Assembly (NCBI GenBank): GCA_963695335.1
Contig: OY968764.1
Location: 1,216,001-1,280,000 of the forward strand
Direction: 5' to 3'
Length of the DNA stretch: 64,000 nt
Source of the DNA: an uncultured bacterium
GTDB taxonomy: Bacteria; Babelota; Babeliae; Babelales; Vermiphilaceae
Shown in pieces: positions 61,154 through 64,000 of the stretch. The translations under genes and the position numbers were made by a program. Positions within the stretch are counted from its first letter, which is position 1. Each line of letters begins with the position of its first letter. The notes under the pieces were generated by a model, which saw nothing but the letters and a program-made list of their open reading frames with translations, searched no databases and was not told the origin of the DNA.

Positions 61154-62419
61154 ATGTCTTATAAGCTTTTACTCTGTCTTCCTTTATTATCTATCGCAAC
61201 AACTTTAACAATGGAAACTCCTAAGCAAACCGAACCCAGACATATACCACCACTCTATCAAATATGTATGAACCAAATGAGCGCTGGATTTGGGAATAAT
61301 GCAATTGAAAAACATGCAAATGCCATACAAAATCTTGCCACATTATATACAATTCATAAAGAAGGCAGATATAAACATATACCATATGGTATTGGATATG
61401 ATGAAGTAGAAATAGTGAAAAACAATATCACTCCCAATCATCTCTGCTTCAACTCTGGAAAAAGTAAATTTTATAAAAATATTACCACTCAATTTCTTGT
61501 CAAACAGAGTAATGATACATTTTTTATACAAGACAATATGACAGACATTGCTGCATTCAATATCCAATCAGGCGAGATAAAGAAGATAGGTCAAGAAAAT
61601 AGCTTTATTCGTTCGTGCATTACAACAAAAAAAACTAACATACTCATCAATGGTAACCACGATGGAATTATAACTATCTGGCCAATAGGAAGCAATGATT
61701 GTTTTTGTAGCAACATTCATGGCAACGCTGCAATTATATGCCTTACAGAAGAAGATAATATTTTGTGTTCATCTGACCAAAATAGTTTCATAGCAGTATC
61801 ATCTCTCAATAATGATCGTCTATGTAGACACAAACCGATTACGTTGCCTGACCTTTTTTCTGATATTACATATTCGAGCATTATGCTGCACAACAAATTA
61901 TTATATGCCGGATCATCAAAAGGATGCGTCAATCTTCATGATATTCGTTCTGAAGATGTACATAATTCTTTTCAGGCACACAAACATCGTGTTTCTTGTC
62001 TTATTGCATGTAAACATAATGATCAACATTTTTATTCCGGATCTTTTGATGGCAGCATTAAACAATGGGATCTACGAAATATCACAGAATGCCTCCACAG
62101 TTTTGAACACCAAAAATATGGAATAACATGCATGTATCAAAGTAATGATGGTCAAAAAATATATTCTGGCGGTGCTGATGGAATACGAATTTGGGATATT
62201 TCCGCTGATAAAAATGTTCAACAGCCAAAAGAAATACACGCTGTATATGGTTGTAAAAATAATAAAATAACAATAAAAGCTAATCTTAATTATGTTGATT
62301 GTATTGCTGTAAATGATGATGAATCAGAAATATATATTGCAAACATACCTTCCGGAATCACCGTATTGCATCAATCTGACATATATTCCATTGAGAAATT
62401 AATGGAAAAAATCACATAA
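61154..62419 (+). CDS. Secreted WD40-repeat protein
   Basis: Signal ending TLTME; GNHDGIITIW, AHKHRVSCL..FYSGSFDGSIKQWD, YSGGADGIRIWD; N-terminal IPPLYQIC. Confidence 0.85.
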   Translation: MSYKLLLCLPLLSIATTLTMETPKQTEPRHIPPLYQICMNQMSAGFGNNAIEKHANAIQNLATLYTIHKEGRYKHIPYGIGYDEVEIVKNNITPNHLCFNSGKSKFYKNITTQFLVKQSNDTFFIQDNMTDIAAFNIQSGEIKKIGQENSFIRSCITTKKTNILINGNHDGIITIWPIGSNDCFCSNIHGNAAIICLTEEDNILCSSDQNSFIAVSSLNNDRLCRHKPITLPDLFSDITYSSIMLHNKLLYAGSSKGCVNLHDIRSEDVHNSFQAHKHRVSCLIACKHNDQHFYSGSFDGSIKQWDLRNITECLHSFEHQKYGITCMYQSNDGQKIYSGGADGIRIWDISADKNVQQPKEIHAVYGCKNNKITIKANLNYVDCIAVNDDESEIYIANIPSGITVLHQSDIYSIEKLMEKIT

Positions 62420-62494
62420 AATTTGATTTTTCTTTCTACAAATGCTATTGTATGCGCGTTATTTACATCATATTCATAAAAAAAGGAGCTCCTG

Positions 62495-63475
62495 ATGAAG
62501 AATGCGCAAATCTTTTCCTGTCTACTGTTTACCGCTGCCGCAACACACTGCATGGAATTTGATAACCACCCTACACCACAAAAACAAGAACCTACTAATC
62601 CTTGGAACGCAATCAATTACCTCGAAATAGAACAATCTTTAAACGCTGATTACCGCAATTATTGTACCAATCGTCTCATAGAATACAAAAAAACCACTTT
62701 TACACCGCAACATATGCAACACATCGAACAAATGGCAATCACATACACAGGCAATAATAATCTAAAGAAAATCCTGTATAACGTACGTGATGAAGAAGAT
62801 AATCATTTCCCACATATTGCTGTTCAAAAATTTGATTTACCAACACTTACATGGCTTGTAACGCAAAAATTAATATATTATCCAAAAAATAAACAAAATA
62901 AAGGATTTATGGAAGCATGCATTGATCACTTATCTCCCCATAACAATATAAATACTGAAAAAAAACAAATTGCATACGATATGCTCAATGTTATCATAAC
63001 AAACTATGGTAATCGCTTGGCGCTTTCCCTCAGAAAACCCATTGTAGAAAAATTGATTACACTCCAAATAGAGCATAAAAAACAACATAATAATGATATC
63101 TTAGCTCACATTGTATTCACACCATTATTAGCTCAAGATGAAAATAATAATGTTGCAATTATTGATTTGCCAACACTGTATCAACAAGTTACCGATGCCG
63201 ATGGAAATACATTTTCTCATATTGTTGTCAATAAAAATGACGTACAAACACTTTATCAACTCATCAAAGATAACCGTGTATCGCCTACCCCTAACAAGGC
63301 TAAAAAAACAGTAGTTGATCTTGCTTTAGCAAACTTCCAATGCTACATCAAAAGTCACTATATGAACGATTCATCTTCACATAAAGAGCAAGAACTTGAC
63401 GAAACATTGGATGCTCTAGCAAACTTTCCGCAAAAAGATAGTCTGCTGCTTGTTTATGCTCCTCAATTATGTTAA
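62495..63475 (+). CDS. Secreted protein with degenerate ankyrin-like repeats (C-terminus possibly frameshifted)
   Basis: Signal ending THCME; DEEDNHFPHIAV, DADGNTFSHIVV, NKAKKTVVDLA. Confidence 0.65.
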   Translation: MKNAQIFSCLLFTAAATHCMEFDNHPTPQKQEPTNPWNAINYLEIEQSLNADYRNYCTNRLIEYKKTTFTPQHMQHIEQMAITYTGNNNLKKILYNVRDEEDNHFPHIAVQKFDLPTLTWLVTQKLIYYPKNKQNKGFMEACIDHLSPHNNINTEKKQIAYDMLNVIITNYGNRLALSLRKPIVEKLITLQIEHKKQHNNDILAHIVFTPLLAQDENNNVAIIDLPTLYQQVTDADGNTFSHIVVNKNDVQTLYQLIKDNRVSPTPNKAKKTVVDLALANFQCYIKSHYMNDSSSHKEQELDETLDALANFPQKDSLLLVYAPQLC

Positions 63476-63613
63476 AGCGCTGCAGACTAGCAACAAATTA
63501 TCCAGCTTTCCACCATGCTGTAATCAACATCCATTTATCTAGAAAAATACGTACACCATAAAAAAACAAAAAAAAATAATATCTTTTCATATTTCCAACA
63601 AAAGGACATTCTC

Positions 63614-64000
63614 ATGAAGCACATACAACTCTTTTCCTGTCTACTTTTTACTGCCATTGCAACCCATTGCATGGAAAACCAGCAAAACAATCAACAAGCA
63701 GCACCAGAAAATCCATGGAAAGCTATTAATTGCCAAGCCATAGAAAAAAACCTTAATGATGACTATGATAGCTATCTTAAACAACGTTTAGAAGACTATA
63801 AAACAAATGATTTCACACAACAAACAATGACCGACTTACAAACAATGGGTAATTTTATAACGGGAAAACAGAATATAGGTTTACCTTATAATCATATTCG
63901 CGATAAGCAAGGCGATAGCTTTATCACCATCGCAGTTAAAAAACGAGACGTGCCAATTGTTAATTGGCACACAACAATCATCAGAAGAAATTATATTTCT
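63614..64000 (+). CDS. Paralog of 62495..63475, runs off window
   Basis: SD AAGGA; MKHIQLFSCLLFTAIATHCME..ENPWKAIN..DKQGDSFITIAV matches the previous gene. Confidence 0.75.
   Translation, partial: MKHIQLFSCLLFTAIATHCMENQQNNQQAAPENPWKAINCQAIEKNLNDDYDSYLKQRLEDYKTNDFTQQTMTDLQTMGNFITGKQNIGLPYNHIRDKQGDSFITIAVKKRDVPIVNWHTTIIRRNYIS

Overview
AT-rich bacterial chromosome segment, most consistent (inference) with a Dependentiae/TM6-like intracellular protist parasite. 1-16.3 kb is the minus-strand str-S10-spc ribosomal superoperon (rpsL to infA plus the start of rpmJ). It has no rpmD, and fusA is split by a single extra base. 16.6-44.5 kb is mostly housekeeping (rseP, a lone rplM, NhaC, pepP, recR, yidC, murC, ffh-rpsP-KH-trmD fusion-rplS, hflX, uvrD), with a TPR-glycosyltransferase cluster and small secreted paralogs. 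44.5-64 kb is accessory: secreted ankyrin/F-box/WD40 effector-like proteins, a polymorphic toxin-immunity pair, an AAA/PD-(D/E)XK protein, a cyclodipeptide synthase, an IS982 disrupting an F-box-like gene, and an ABC-2 exporter operon. That operon has a 9-codon Phe-rich leader ORF at its 5' end and a tRNA-like element with a CUA anticodon at its 3' end. A modular, nested family of REP-like palindromes (about 20 copies) is scattered through the window. It sits in frame within the signal-peptide regions of three consecutive TPR-glycosyltransferase genes and forms 41-bp inverted repeats around an orphan antitoxin-like ORF. All calls come from motif recognition by eye; no database searches were run.
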